Below are positions 15,591 through 31,200 of a stretch of 64,000 nucleotides of DNA, one piece after another. A program made the position numbers and the translations under genes. Position 1 is the first letter of the stretch, and every line of letters starts with the position of its first letter. This stretch comes from Proteromonas lacertae (Eukaryota): the NCBI GenBank assembly GCA_002245135.1, contig NGBS01001162.1:124001-188000 (forward strand), in the 5' to 3' direction. The notes under the pieces were generated by a model. The model made no database searches. It was not told the DNA's origin and was given only the letters and a program-made list of their open reading frames with translations.

Positions 15591-18500
15591 ATGGAATCTT
15601 TCAAAATCTCTCTTGATGTTCTTGAAAAATACGCTTTTGCAGAAGTATTTTTTGTATGTTTATATCTCTAGGACAGAAGCGAGTATTTAAGAAGTATTGA
15701 TGCTGAGACTAGTCAGCCTTTGTTATTAGTATAAATGCTTCTATTATCATTATTATTTGTTATAGCTGTTGGATTTACTTCACTCTCCAAAAGAAAATGA
15801 GAAAAAAATTAGAAATCTTGTAGGAGGGAAAGTAGGTGTATTTAATCACAATGAAGCTATTGAAAAATTAGTTAATTATCGTATTAAGATGAATGGAACT
15901 GAAGATGTATTAGTAAAGTTCTTAATAGAAGAGTGGCATCTGCAATTTAACTTTAATAAGCCAGTATTAAATATTTGTAATAATAATATATAATAGACAA
16001 AAGGTAATTCAACAAACATTTCAGAATTACAAGATGAAAAAGTACCAAACGCTGTTGATGATGAAAGAATCAAGTATCCTGCTCAGTTAAAAACAATTTT
16101 AGATGATAAAAACGCATTATTCAAGTTGGAAATGTTGATTAATTATGTAGATATTCATAACAAAGACTTTTGTGAAGATTTATTAAAAGGACAATTTCAG
16201 TGTAAAATTGAAAAAGATGAGAGAATGAAAATAATCAAGTATCTCTATGAACAAGAAGTTTTAATCGAATTAGAAGGATATATGAAGTATATAAAAGAAT
16301 TATTAAAAGAGATAGAATATTGCAATTGTATATGTTATGATAAACTGACAATAAGTGATTTAGAAGATTTAATAAAGAATAATTCAATTGTATTATCACA
16401 AGATGTCTTCATAATTCATTACATTATTGAATTAGGAAGTGATATAAACAAGAAGAGTGATGATTATAAGGAGAAAGTAAAGATTTACTTTGAAAAGCTG
16501 TTAAAGTTTAACAAATTATTACCATCTGAAGAAAAGAGTATTACTTATAGTGTTTTATATTCTATATTATATACAAATATAATATTAAACAATGATTTTG
16601 ATGATAAATTATTCAAAGAGTGGATGAAAGCAGGTAAAACATACACTACCCATTTTCCATTTGATGATAATAAGATTAAAGCATATAATGATGATTCTGA
16701 AAGACAAATTTTCAACTGTATTATGAGAAATGTTGGATTAGACGGTGAAGTAGATAAATGTGGAATTACTAAGTTAATATATAAATACTTCTACCATTAT
16801 TATGAAATGAATAAATCAATTGATGATTTTAGCAGTTATGTTAAGAATGATTGGTTTAATAGACAGAAATATACTTTAAATGTATATTTTGATAGAGAAG
16901 TTACTGCCAGTTTGAAATATTTAAATGATAAAGGTTTTGCAGATACAGTAGAATCAATTGAATTAGAAATCGATGATTTTAACAGGACATACTTCCATGA
17001 AAATGAAATAATCGAAGTAACATGTTTCTTGAAGAACATTCCAGAATTAGAAATAAAAATGTTTGAAATTAATACACTAGAATTTAAAAAAGTATATATA
17101 TTATTCTAATTATTGTTATTTTGAATAGAGTAAAAAGTCATTAAATGAATGGATTAAAGGAAATGAATTAGATGGATTAATACCATCTTATGTAGATAAA
17201 AAAGACTATAACAACATCAAACATCATGTTTTACATAAAGAGTTATTCAGATTTGATAATATTAGATTCAATGGTGTTTATGTTATTGAATTAACAGGAA
17301 ATGGTCATCAAAGTAGAATATTGGTCAATAGAGGTGAAATTAATTACATTAAGAAAGTAACACCAGATGGTTATTTGTTTAACTTATTAAATGAATATAA
17401 TTTACCATATGATAATGAAAAATGCTCAATAATAATGAATGACAAAGAGTATAAATACAATAAAGAATGTAATGGAATATTAATACCATTCATACATAAA
17501 GATAATGATAGTTCAAATAATGATTTATATTTATGTGTAAAAGAGAAGAATGAATCAGCTAATAATACCAATCATATATATTCAATACCATTTAATTGTT
17601 ATTTACATCCTGAATCTTATGAATTAAGAATTGGTATGTTATTGAATAATGAACATGTATTACAAGGAAAACATAATAATCAGTTTATTATCCATCCTTT
17701 GTTATTGTTACAAAGTCAATATGAATGTTCATTATCATTATTACATAATATATCAATAGATATAGAATTACACTATTTAGATGATAGTAGAAGTAATCAA
17801 CATATCAACATCAAAGAATTATTAGATAAAATTGACATAACTCCATATATAACCATAGATGATAATTTGGTTGATATAAATGTGAAAATGGAAGGCGAAA
17901 TGGTTATTAATTATGAAAAAGTAAAGATCAGTGGTTGTTGCAGTTATAATTATGATAGAAACAGTCAAAAGAACATAATAACTCCATATTTAAGAATTAA
18001 CAACAGTGGTAATTATGAGTTGAAAATCTTAGGTCAAAATGGAGAAATAATCAAAGATTTTATAACCAATATAATATTCTTCAATACTGGTTTTTATATA
18101 CCAATAAAATATACTCTTAAAAGTAATGAGAATGGTATTATTGAATTAGGCAAATTGAAAAATATCAAAAAGTTAGTAGTAGAAAATGTAAGTATAGAAA
18201 TACCAAAACATAGAGTAGAATATCCAGATGATGTATCTTGTTTAGAAAGTGATGAAAATCAAATTGAATTGCCATTTAATAAAGAATTATATAGGTATTC
18301 GTTATTCTCATGTTGTAAAAGAACTAATTACAATAATAACATTGAAGTGAATGATACAAGTATGATTATTAAAGGTTTAAAAGAAGGAGAATATCTATTA
18401 AACATCTTCAATAAGGAATTAGTCAAAACAATTCATTTACACATATTGAGCAAAGAGAGTGTAGAATTGAATAATTATTACTTATCTAAATGTATGGTAA

Positions 18501-21500
18501 TAGAAAAAAGTAAAATAACAAAATATAGTTTAATACTACCACCTGTAATTAATGATGATAAAATCAAAATAAAAGTGAATAATTTCAACAATACATGTCA
18601 GATACATGTTTTGTGGAATTACTTTGTTAATAATTACGATATAAATGTATTACCAAAAGTTAGAAACTATTTGTTGAAAAATCAATCATATAAATATGAA
18701 ACTGCCATATTGAACAATCGTAGACTTAGTGATGAATATGTATATGTAAAGAAGCGTAAGTCATATCAGTTAGGTAATTTACAGAATAGACCATCATTAA
18801 TATTAGTAGAAGATAAAGTAAAACCAATTACTGTTAAATCTGCAAAAGTTTCTAATGGAAGTGGATTTGAATCATCATGTGATTCATCATGTAAGCCATG
18901 TATGTGTTCTGCTGGAGGAATGGGAATGGGTTGTGGTTATGGTTATGGTGGTGTTAATGTCAGTAATGGTACTGGTGGTACTATAAACAAACAAATATAT
19001 CCAAATTTCTTAAAACCATGTTTAATTGATTTTTATAATTGTGATGTTAATGATGATGGTTATATAGAAATACCAAAGAATGAATTACCTTTCTTTGATA
19101 ATGGTGGTTGTTTAACTATAATAGATCTTGATAATGATATTGGTAGTTGTTACAGTTATTCTGTTGATGATATAAAGAAAGAGAATCAACCATTTAGAAA
19201 TCTTACAATCAAGAATAGAGTTGATGTGAATTGTCATTTGACATTATGTAGAGTAATAGAACCAAAATACAAAAATCAAGAAATGATAGTTAATACAGGA
19301 GATGAATATAAGATTATCGATAGTTTACAGGATGTATATTCAATATTCAGTAGTTGTCATAAAGTTAATGAAAATGAATTGAACAAATTCAGATTCTTAG
19401 TACATTGGAGTGATTTGAGTGAAAAAGAGAAGTTAGATAAATATAATGAGAATATTTGCCATGAATTGAACTATTTTATTTACAAGAAAGACAAAGAATT
19501 CTTCAACAAATACATATTACCATTCATTAGTAATAAACTTGAAAAGAGTTTTGTTGATCTTTATTTGTTAAATTCAAATCTTGATGATTATTTACAATTA
19601 AAGAATTTCAAAGAATTGAATGTATTTGAAAAATGTTTGCTTTGTGAAAGACTTAATGAAAAAGGAAAATATATATTCAATCAAATAAGAGATGAGTTAT
19701 TTGATAAGATAGAAGATGCTAATGAATTTAATAGAATATTTGAAATAGTTTTCAAAATCAATAATGAGATAAATGAAGAAGATTCAAGTGAAGAAGAAGA
19801 AGAACCATGTGAAGAAGAAAATGAAGAAGATCATGAAGAAAATTCTTATAGATCAATAAATTCATTTGCAAAATATGCTCCTACTTCACAATCATACAGA
19901 TCATCTGAAATGGTGTTAAAAAAAGCAGTAAAGAAATGTAAAGCACCAATCCAAGCAAGAAGTAGAATGTTAAGAGGAGTTCCAACTCCTGGATTGATGA
20001 TGGCTAGAATGGCAGTAACAAATGATGAGATGATACCTTATCAAAAGCAACCAAAAACTCAACAAATAGTAGAAATGTCATATTATAACCATCATAGTTC
20101 AATTCAACCAAATTTACTAAAAGTTACAAAATATTGGGAAGATTATTGTGGATATATATTGAATCATAATAAAGATGAATTATTCTTAAGTAAACATTTC
20201 TGTTATGAAGATAATTCCATAAATGATATAATATTACTGTTAGCAACATTAGATTTACCATTCAAAGTAGATAAAAGTGTAGAATATGTAAATGAAAGTG
20301 AAGTGAATAAAATGGTAATGAAAAGTGATGTTATAGTATTCAAAAAGAGTTATAAAGAAGTTGATGGAAAAACAGATGAAAGAAATGTCTCATTATTATG
20401 TAAATTCTATGATCCAAAAGATAAAAAGGAAATAATCAATGGAGTGTCATATCCAAAATATAAAAAAGATAATAACTATTTAAGTGGTGTAGAGTATGGC
20501 TATTGTATTTATATATCAAACTATTTACCAATAAACAAAACATATAATATATTAATATCATTCCCTGAAGGAAGTATACCAATAGGTGGCTCATTATCAA
20601 CATATTCAAAAATTGTTACTATCAGATCATTTGAAACTCAAAAGATAGAATTAGGTAATTTTTATTTCCCAAATGAAGGTAAATATAAATTATATCCTTG
20701 CCATGTTAGTGGATTAAATGGTGATTTAGAAGGTTGGTGTGAAGCATATGTGTTTAATGTAACAAAAGAGAAAATCAGTATTGATGAAAATTCTTGGTTA
20801 GATGTGTCAAGTAATGGTAATAATGATCAAATTATGAAATATTTAAAGAATCATTCATTAGAATCTGTTGATTTGAGTAATATCTATTATAAATTGATAG
20901 ATAAAGAGTTTTATGAAATAATGATGAAATATTTAGAAGATAATTTACATTATGATGAAACAATATATAGTTTTAGTTTATATCACAATGATAAAAGAAG
21001 AATATCTGATTATTTATCCAACAACAAACAGTTAATTGATATTCTGTTACCATATAGTGAAAATACAATCCTGAAAGTAGATGGATATGAAAAATTGTTG
21101 CATTATCAACACACTGAATATAATCCATTCATCAATCCAAGAATTCATACTTTAAAACAAATACCCAGAATAACAAGTGATGAAATGAAGAAAACATTAA
21201 ATGATTTCTATTTATATGTTAGTAGTAAGAAAGTGTTAAATGATCATGATTATTATATCCATATTTATTATTTATTATTACAAGATCGAATTAAAGAGAG
21301 TGAAGAAATATTCAATAAATATATAGTGAAAGAAAGAAAGGATGGTATTCCAATTCCAAAGAATGAAGATTATAGATTACAATTTGATTATTTGTGTTGT
21401 TATTTTGATTGTTTCAAACTTACTCCAGAGTGTAGTAATGAAATAAGTAAAAAGTATTTAGATTATGGAATTGAAAGTTGGCGTACTTTATTTAAAAGAA

Positions 21501-22159
21501 TATACAATACAGTTAATAATAATACAAATGATATAAGCAGTTATAAAGATCGTGAAGATAGACAATTACATGTTTCATCAATTACACCATCTTTAGCAAT
21601 GAAGATAGATGCAAATGAAAATCAGTTGATAATCTCAAGTAATAACATAGAAGAATGTCAAATCAATTATTATATTATTGATACAGAATTGTTATTTAGT
21701 GATACACCATTTTTAAAGAAGATTGATTCATCAGTATATAATTATGTTTATCCCAATTACAGTGTAATTCAAAAGATAAGTGAAGAACATATGAAAATAC
21801 CAATATTGGATGAATTTAAAAAGAAAACAGGAATAATTGAGATAGTTTATAATGGAAATCAAGTTCATGAATTATATAATTATTGCTTATTCAGTGTGAT
21901 GATAAAAGAGAATATGGGAATATTGCAGATAATAGAGAATGAAAATCACAAACCATTACCTTGTGCTTATATAAAAGTATACAGCAAAGATGAGAATGAT
22001 AGAGCTGAGTTTTATAAAGATGGATATAGTGATTTGAGTGGTAGATTTGATTATGCTTCGATTAGTACAGATCAAATGGATAATGCTGTTGAATTTGGCA
22101 TTTTAATTATGAGTGAAAATCATGGAAGTTATATTACACAAGCAAAAGTGCCTAAGTAA
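15591..22159 (+). CDS. Large (~2144 aa) conserved hypothetical protein, similar to Dictyostelium AbpF / large bacterial hypothetical family
   Basis: GT-AG introns 15645-15671, 15729-15765, 15964-15996 and 17092-17128 join three listed ORFs into one frame. Recalled family motifs: LEKYAFAEDR, ELDGLIP, GVYVIELTGNGHQSRILVNRG, HTEYNPFINPRIH and C-terminal YIKVYSK...FYKDGYSDLSGRFDYASIST. The family name is from memory. Confidence 0.75.
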
Positions 22160-22269
22160 GATTTTTTGTTATTCTCTTATTTCACATTATTTTTATATCA
22201 TTGTTATTGTTTTTATTGAATATAAAAAACAATTCAAAATAACATTTTAATATAATATAATTCAAAATA

Positions 22270-25200
22270 CTAATGCTTTGTTAATGTCGCAATTTTGTTC
22301 AACTGCTTATTTGTAGTGAAAGTTCTTGACATATTTCCTGTTGCAAATGACATACTACTTAGTTGATGGGTTGATCTAGATGTAGTAGACACACTAACAC
22401 CTAAGTTTGTGTTATTAGCTATATTAGCAGATCCACTTAATGTATCATTTTTTGCATCTTCATCATAATGTATAACAACTATTTTTATACCATATTCTAA
22501 TATATCAATAATTATCACAGATAAATTAATTCCCATAGATCTTAATAGAAGAACCGAATCAGGATCAGTATTGATATTAAAATCAAGCAAAACCATGATT
22601 GCTCCTAACACTAAAATAACAGAAGATGATATAAATAAACTCAATGTGTCACTATGTTCATTAGCTAAATTTTTAGTTGAATTGGACAATATAAACAATA
22701 TTAATGCTGGTAAAAAATCACTAACTAATTCAATTGCTATGAATGGTGTTGATATTGTACATTCTCTAATTGTAACTTCATTAAAATAGTCACTTTCTGA
22801 TGAACTATATGTTCCAACATACTCATTTGGATCAATTAAAAACCATAATAACAACAAAAGTGTTTGAAACAACATAAATGCTATCCAAAAAACAAATGTT
22901 CTATAAACTGTAATTCTTGTCTTTTTTATTGATCCTTTTATTCTAAATCTCTTCTTGTACAACTTTGTTTCACTTGACATAAGCACTGAAAGTAAACACT
23001 TTACACCAAGACTTAATAACACAACTCTTGCTGTACAAACTCCGTTAGAAGATGAAGGATAAACATACATTGGAATTGATCCAAAAGTAACAACAAATAA
23101 TGATAATACCACACCATAATTATGGGCTCTTCCTAATACTTTAATGATTAATTGCTTTTGATGAATTATAACAAATACTAAACATACAATATTAAGTATC
23201 ATTGCAACTCCAAATAATACATATGCAATACTTAATATTCCTGTATTGTATTTATAAAATATGTTATTCTTTCCAAATTTACATTCTGTTGGTAATCCTG
23301 ATGGATATGGTTCAGCTTCAAACAAATGTTCAGATCCTCTAGTAGGGAAAACTTGAATAAACTTAGCATTTCTATTAATCTCAAATATATAGGAGTTTCT
23401 TGATGAATATAATGATTCTTCTATTTTTATACTTCCTGATGGAGCACTTATTTCTAATCCTACACTTGACAATTGGAAGTATCTTAATGGAGGTATAACA
23501 CTATTCGAATCAGCAGCTGCATTCTGATATACTTCTTGCCAAATCATAAATGAAGTTTTAATAGATTCAAGAGTCTCATCTATTACTTTATTAACGCCAA
23601 CAAAGCCTTCTGTCGTACTAACGAATGATTGAGCTAATGATGTAGAAATAACAGAATCAAATCCAGTCACAACTAAAGAACCATATGCAGATGATAATAT
23701 TTCACTTGTATAATCATTTGAAACATAATTCAATATTGCTACAATTGCTTCACGACTAGTCAATCCATTTGAAGTATATTTGTTAAAGAAATTCTTACTA
23801 ATATCTCCTGATAAGTAATACAATATAGCTACCCTGTCATATTCATCCCTCTTCTGTTGAATTGAACTAATTGCATTATTTAATGAACTTTCAACACTAT
23901 TAGGATTTATAGTAAGTCTAACTAAATTATGTTTATTCTCTTTGTAATGATCTTTCACATAATAATTTACTATTGTGTAATATGAATCGATAATATCTGA
24001 ATCTTCACCTATGAATATTAAACATTTAATTTCTGGTTCAAAATTGTGCAAATAATACTCAATAGACAAAAATCTTTGGGATGCAGTAGATCCAGAAATG
24101 ATATGATTTCCGTTACATGTTCCTCCTTCATTTAAATCGTAAGAAATCCATATTCGATTACTCTTTTTAGATATCTCTTCTGCATTCTTTTTGCATGCTT
24201 CAGATTTACATCCAAAATAAGAAATAACTTCATTATCATTGATATATTTACTTGATAAATTACTAAATTGATCATAAGTAGATGCAAATATAAACTCTGG
24301 TATTAATCTCTGATTATTCAAACCACCATTAGTATTTAGTTCTTGGACTAAAGAATATTCCATTAACATTGAGTTTACTTCAATTTCTTTAGATTCAGTA
24401 TTATCATCATGGAAAAATATCAATTTTAATGCTTCTGGTCTAAATCTATTATTATTATTTTCTTCTAATATTCTATTTTCAGAATCACTTGTAAAGTCGC
24501 ATATATAACCTTCATTTTCAGGGAATAAATGATTCCATGCTTCTGCTTTTTCACTTTGTGATGCATAATCAGCAATTGAAAGTGTTTTATCTTGAGCTAT
24601 TTTCACTAAATACACAATTCTGTTAGTAAAACCATCAGAACTCATTTCTATTGTTCCTGAAGGTGCAACTGTAGTATATCCATACAATGCTTTACCAACT
24701 TTATCATTATCAAATGACATAGTATAAGATATAATAACATTAGCCCACAATCTTACAGATGTATAACCACTTTCCATTGCTGCTGTAATAATACAATTTT
24801 GACCATATCTATCATTCATACTTGTTACAAAGCTTTCAGAACTTGATTTAAAAGTCATTGTGTCTGAAGAAGATAAGCCCATTTCTTTAATGAATGAAGT
24901 AAGGATATAAGCACCATCTAGGCACTTTCCATCAATATAATCCATTAAATATCTATCTAAACTAACAGATACAACATAAGTATTCTTCATATTGATATTA
25001 AATCCACATAACCAATTGAATAGTTTAATGTTATTTTGTTCTGTAACACTAAACAAGACTACTGAATTTTTATCCAACTTCTTAGGATCAAAACCTTCTG
25101 GAACATAATTCTTATTTGATTCAATATCACTTAAATTGTATAAGTGGAAATCTAAATTGATATTATCACATAAAACCTTAACTCCTCTTGCCAATTGTTT

Positions 25201-28200
25201 GCTAAATTCTTCATCATCTTGAAAAACATACACATGATATGTATAAGGTAATATATACTTCCAAACACCGTTTATCAGTTGATTAGAACTTAATTGAGTT
25301 GAAATAGTATATCTTGGACATTCTTCAGTAATAGTCAAACCATTAAAGAAAAACAATTTCTTCTTTTCTTCAAATATTGTATATATATTAAGAGCAATAA
25401 CAGAATTTGCAACTCCAAAAACAACAACAACTTCATCAAGTCTACATAATTCTTCAGCATAAGTCTTATAGAGATCAATATCAGATTTTGCATCTTTAAT
25501 TAATACTGAAATCATTGTACCAATAATACCACCATCTTTATTGATTTCATCAATTGCTTGAATAATTCCTTGGGTAATAGATCTTTCAGTTGTATTATAC
25601 ATGCCACTGTATGATGTTAAAATTCCAATTGTCTTTGATGTCTTTCTATACATTTCTCCATATCCATTTTTAAAATCACAAATATACTTTGCATTATTCA
25701 CCCAATCTTTATAAGGTATTGATTCATATATACTTGCAGATGTAAATATAATATCGAACCCATAATTCTCATCATTTTCTTTCATCTTTCCATATATAAT
25801 ATATTGATTAATATAATTATTAAATCCAATATTCAGATTTCCACCACTTGGTGATGCATAATTTAAATTATAAAACTCATTTCTTAATGCATCTGCTTTC
25901 ATACTCTGCAATTTATTAACTGTGGTTATATAGATATCACTTGATATATATGCAGTATACATAATCTCACTGGCATAATTTGTAACAGATAATATATCAT
26001 CCTTCATTTTAGTATTATGAGTATTATCTAAATTAGTGAAATAAGTCTGAGCTGAATAGAATGATTTTACACCTCTTGCTGCAGCATTTGATGCTGTTGA
26101 TAATGACACTATATTATATTTACCTCTATTTGCTTTATTTACATTTTCTGTTAATAATTTATCTAATAAATAATGTAAACCAGAATCACCATAGTATAAA
26201 ATGTAACAACCATATTCACTGGTAGAAGCAATTAGTGCTTTTACAGCATCTGTAATAATTTTGGTGGAGTCTTTATCATCTGATGATGAAGATGAGGATG
26301 ATGAAGAAGATGAGGATGAGGACGAATGAGATTCTGATAAATCAAGAGTATTGGACGAATAATCAATATTAGCACCAACAAAATCCAAATAACTGTTAAT
26401 ATAACTGTAATACTTTGATCCAACGTCATCATTTGTGGTTAATACACAAAAATGTAACGTTTCTGGTTGTGTAGGTTCCATAATATAATCAATTATTCTT
26501 CCTACAAAACTTGGCTCCTTCAACATATAAAATACATTTTCATAACAAGTTTCTCCTCCTGTATAACCAATTTCGAACAACGGTATATTCTTTTCAACTA
26601 ATAATGGGTTTATACTCTTAAGACATAGAGATGTAGCTGTTGTAAATATCACCCCTTGTTCTACTTGACTTAAATATGCTCTTAATAACTCAATACAAAC
26701 ACTATCACTAGACTGTAGATCATAACTTTGAATAGTAACTCTTTTATTCAATAATCCATTTCCATTATTGTTCAAATCATCAAATAATAATTCAAAGATA
26801 TTCAATACATATAAATCAGTCTCTCTATATTTACCAGAAATTGATAAGCCAACAGCAATTGTAATAGTATCAACTTTCTTTCCAGATCCAACACTAGGAT
26901 CAGTGAAATCACATATTAATCCGTCTGTTTCTTTAATATCCCAACTCCATGCTAATGGTTCTTGAATTCTAGTTTGACTGTAAATAGATTCTAATATACT
27001 TGTTCCATCTTTGTGAACCACTTGCATTATAAAATATGGTAAAGAAATATGATTATTATCAAACATCATTGTTTCACCAGTACAACTATCTATATTTGAT
27101 CTATACAACTGCATTCTTATTAATGTTTTATTGTGATATCCTACTTTTTCAACAGCTTTACTCCAATACATTAATGCTAAATAGGAACTGTGAGCTAATT
27201 CATTTGCATCTAATTTGTCACCATAACTACTTCTAAAAGATTGTCTGAATCCACATTCACTATTAATTTCATCAAAAAAAGAACCACCAAAGAAAAGATT
27301 GATATTTCCAGATAATGATAATGATGCTAATATATTCCTATCACTATTAATAGATATAACAAAAAATTTATTAGTTATTGTATTACCTGATTTAATATGT
27401 GCATCTGTAACTAAACTATCAAAATAATTTATGAAATCTATTGAAGTAGTATCATCTAATGTAAGAATAATAACACATCCTGTTGTTACATACTTTTCAA
27501 CTATTTTACTAGCTAATGAATGAGTTGTTCCACTTCCTGATTCTACTAAATCATTTCCAATAACAGTAAACAATTCAGACAGCGCATTATCCAATATTGT
27601 ATTAATTAAAAAGTTACTGTCAGTATTTGTACCAATGAAGTATAATGAATTATCCACTGATGCTTGGTCAATATAAGTCGATAGTGATTTTGTGTATGTA
27701 CTTGGCAATAACCCTGTATAGAATATATTTTCATCACATTCTTGACCTTCAAATTTAGCAGGATACCATAAATATTTACTATATTTTGTTGATTTAGAAA
27801 AAATTTCATTCACTTTTGTTCTACATATTTTGTTTGTACATCCAACAACAAATATAATATCTTCATCATTCAACACAATATTTGCTATGTTTGTAATATT
27901 ATTCTCATTGGTGGTATCAAATATTATATAATCAAGATATAAGTCATGCAAAGTATTCTCACTATTCAAAGAATCAATTGAAGCAATCATTATATCTACA
28001 GCTCTTAATTCATATTTTTTATTCTCACCTGTAATAGAATACAATAATGCAACTTTCTTATTCTCTCTTTCAAGTAATGAACCTCTTTTTACTTTATCTG
28101 TTTTTGATATTTTCCATTCACAATAATACATTGTATTGTTATTTCCATATTGTGCATTGTATGGGTTAATATGATTAAGATCAGACGATTCTACTAATGA

Positions 28201-31200
28201 TTCTATTGTATAACTCTTATTGTTCGGAAAATAATGAACTTGAACAAGGTCGAGATGTAATGATATTTGATTATTTGAATTAATAACTAAATTATCGATT
28301 ATTTGACTAACATCTGTATGATGAACAGCATTAAGTAAATCTTCAAATGAATATGGAACAAAACCTTCTTCACCTGTATCTTCAGCGAAATTGATTGATA
28401 ATAATGCCTTTGCAGCAAATAATACTGACAATATAGCAGATGCTGATGCTTCTTCTTTAATGAAACTGTATCTATTATCAGCTATTTTATAAATACTATC
28501 ATCTTTAAAATGTTTTCTTTTGTATGTATCTATAAAGTAATGTCCATCAAATAATTCCCAATAAGAATCGTCAATAATATCAGGTAATTTTACATTATAC
28601 GACAGAATTGTATATGTTGAAGAATCATAATTATTCTTTTTTATCTCTAAGAACAAATCAGTAGCTGCAGTTCCTTCCAATAATGAAATAATTATACCAG
28701 ATTTCATACTGCTTATAATAATATTCATAATAATATCCATTTTGTAGTTAGTAATTGGTATTCTTAACACATTTGCTACAGAAATACCTCTTTTTGTTAA
28801 TTCATACTGAACATTCAAAGCATTCTTATAATTCATTTCAGTGTCAGTATACAGCACAAATATATCTCTCATATCTGATCCAGGTAAATAGAAATAAGCT
28901 AATGTTGAAATATATTCCGTAAATGGGGTATTCATATAAATAATATTCTCACTACATTCATAACCTTCATATAAAAATGGATAGAATAAAAGTAATTCAT
29001 TATCAGCTAAATCATCCATAACATATTTTCTCATTTCTGAGTTTGATAAACCAAATATAATTCTATTACCTGTTTCATTTATTGCTTTTCTGACATATTC
29101 TCTTGCTAAATCATTATCTGATTCTATATTTATAACTTCTGTGACAATCATTCTTTTATTAATGCCATGAAAATATTCATTAACATAATCAACAGCTGCT
29201 AAATATCCACTAACCAATGATCTTGAATTGAATGAATAAGTTCCAGTAAATGAAATCAATATATAGAATTTCAATGAAGTATATGTCTCACCTTTTCCTG
29301 TTTCCTTTGAACAGATTTTATATTCGTCTTCATTGAAACCATGTCTAAAACTTTGAGCTGGCCAATTGACTGATATAGTTGAAACTACATCAGTAATTCC
29401 TCCTGGCTTCATTTGTAAAATAGTAACAGGGAATGGTATATTTGTATCACTATCAGACATCTTTGTAACACCAAATGATGATTCTAATTGATAAGTACTT
29501 AAATATTCCATTATTTTTTCATTACTAAAATCTCCTAATTCTTTATATTCTCTAACTAGTAATTCATATGCAATAATTGCTCTTGTTTCAACTTTTGGCA
29601 TTTGATATGATCCACCAAACATATTTACTCCAATATTGTATATATTTGAAGCTGTATATTTGTCAGAATGACAACTGGCTAATGCATATTGCTCTTCAGT
29701 GTAATATTGGTCTATTTCCATGAATGTTTCTTTCGAAAAACTAAAAATTGGGACTTTTTGTGAAGCTTCAGCTGAACTTGTGAATAAATTAGTAAAAGCA
29801 CTTTGATATACTTTGAATAAAGTCAAATAACTTTCTGTAGTGGTTAAATAATTCAAAATAACACCTCCTTCTGGTATATATAGTTTATAAGAAGTCAAAA
29901 AGTCAGAAATATTTTCATTCATTGATGATGGATTTGATTCATTAACAACTAAATGTCTTTTAACAAATCCACCTAAACTTGATATTGTATCTAGAATCAT
30001 GTTATTATCAATATCTGGTAATTCAGTTGATGTAATCAACATGATATTTGGAGAAATATAACTCACAATATAACCAATAAATGCAATAACTCTTTGACTT
30101 GGGAATGTACCAAGATCAACACTATTATAATATAATTAAAAACAAAGAAATATACATTCTTTTATCACAAATATCAGCATTCTTGTTAATTAATGAAATT
30201 AATAATAAATCAGGGTTTTCTTCTAAAAATTCATTCTGTTGTTCAACTGAACAAGTTGTTATAGCAACTGAAGAAGCATTCATTCCATTAAACTCATCAC
30301 AATAATACTTAACCAATATCTATTAGGATTAAAATAATAATAAAAATATATACTATGTTATAATTCATATCATTATAATTAGATAAATACATATCTAACA
30401 AAAGCATTAAAGATTCTTCATTAGTGTTAATAACTAAATTAATTACTAATGGTTCTGAATTATCACTCACTAATGTACAAGCTTCTGTATCTCCGTCATT
30501 TCTCTATAAAAAGAATAGTAAAAAGCAATTATATACATAAGCTAAATAAGCTGAAATTGACATAGGCATGATTGTCTGTAAAATAATAGTATAACCTTCT
30601 CCTTCTTCTAAATCGTTCATTTTTATTAGAACATATGAATTTGACAATACCATATCATCTCTTAATTGTATTTCTCCAACTGGTAAATCAAGAGTAAGTC
30701 CTTTCAACTGTCTTTTAATTTCCTCATATGAATAATCACTAGCTTGCTCATATACTGTTTTTAATATCATCATTGAAGTATATAAATTTAAAATATGTTC
30801 ATTCAATAATTCACTATTATTACCAAATTTTGAAGTAAAATCATTGACAAATATTTCATTCTGTTGATTGGATCTACTATCTCTTGTATAGGATGTAAAC
30901 ATCAAATGTCCATTCCATATTTCTTTATCATCAACCCATTCTATCATTGTATCAAGACTAATGACAGTATAAACAGCAGGATCCATATCCTTATCTCTCA
31001 TTAATCTCAGCATAACATTTATATCTTCCCCTAACACTGTAAATATCATCATTCTTGTTGTTTGAATTTCTTTTAGTGTATCTGTAGCATTATCTAAAGA
31101 ATATGTTGAATTGAGATATATTGTTATATAATCAATCTCTCTGAATGTATCAATAGTAAGTGCAATTGCCTTACCAACATCATGACAGAATTGGTTATCA

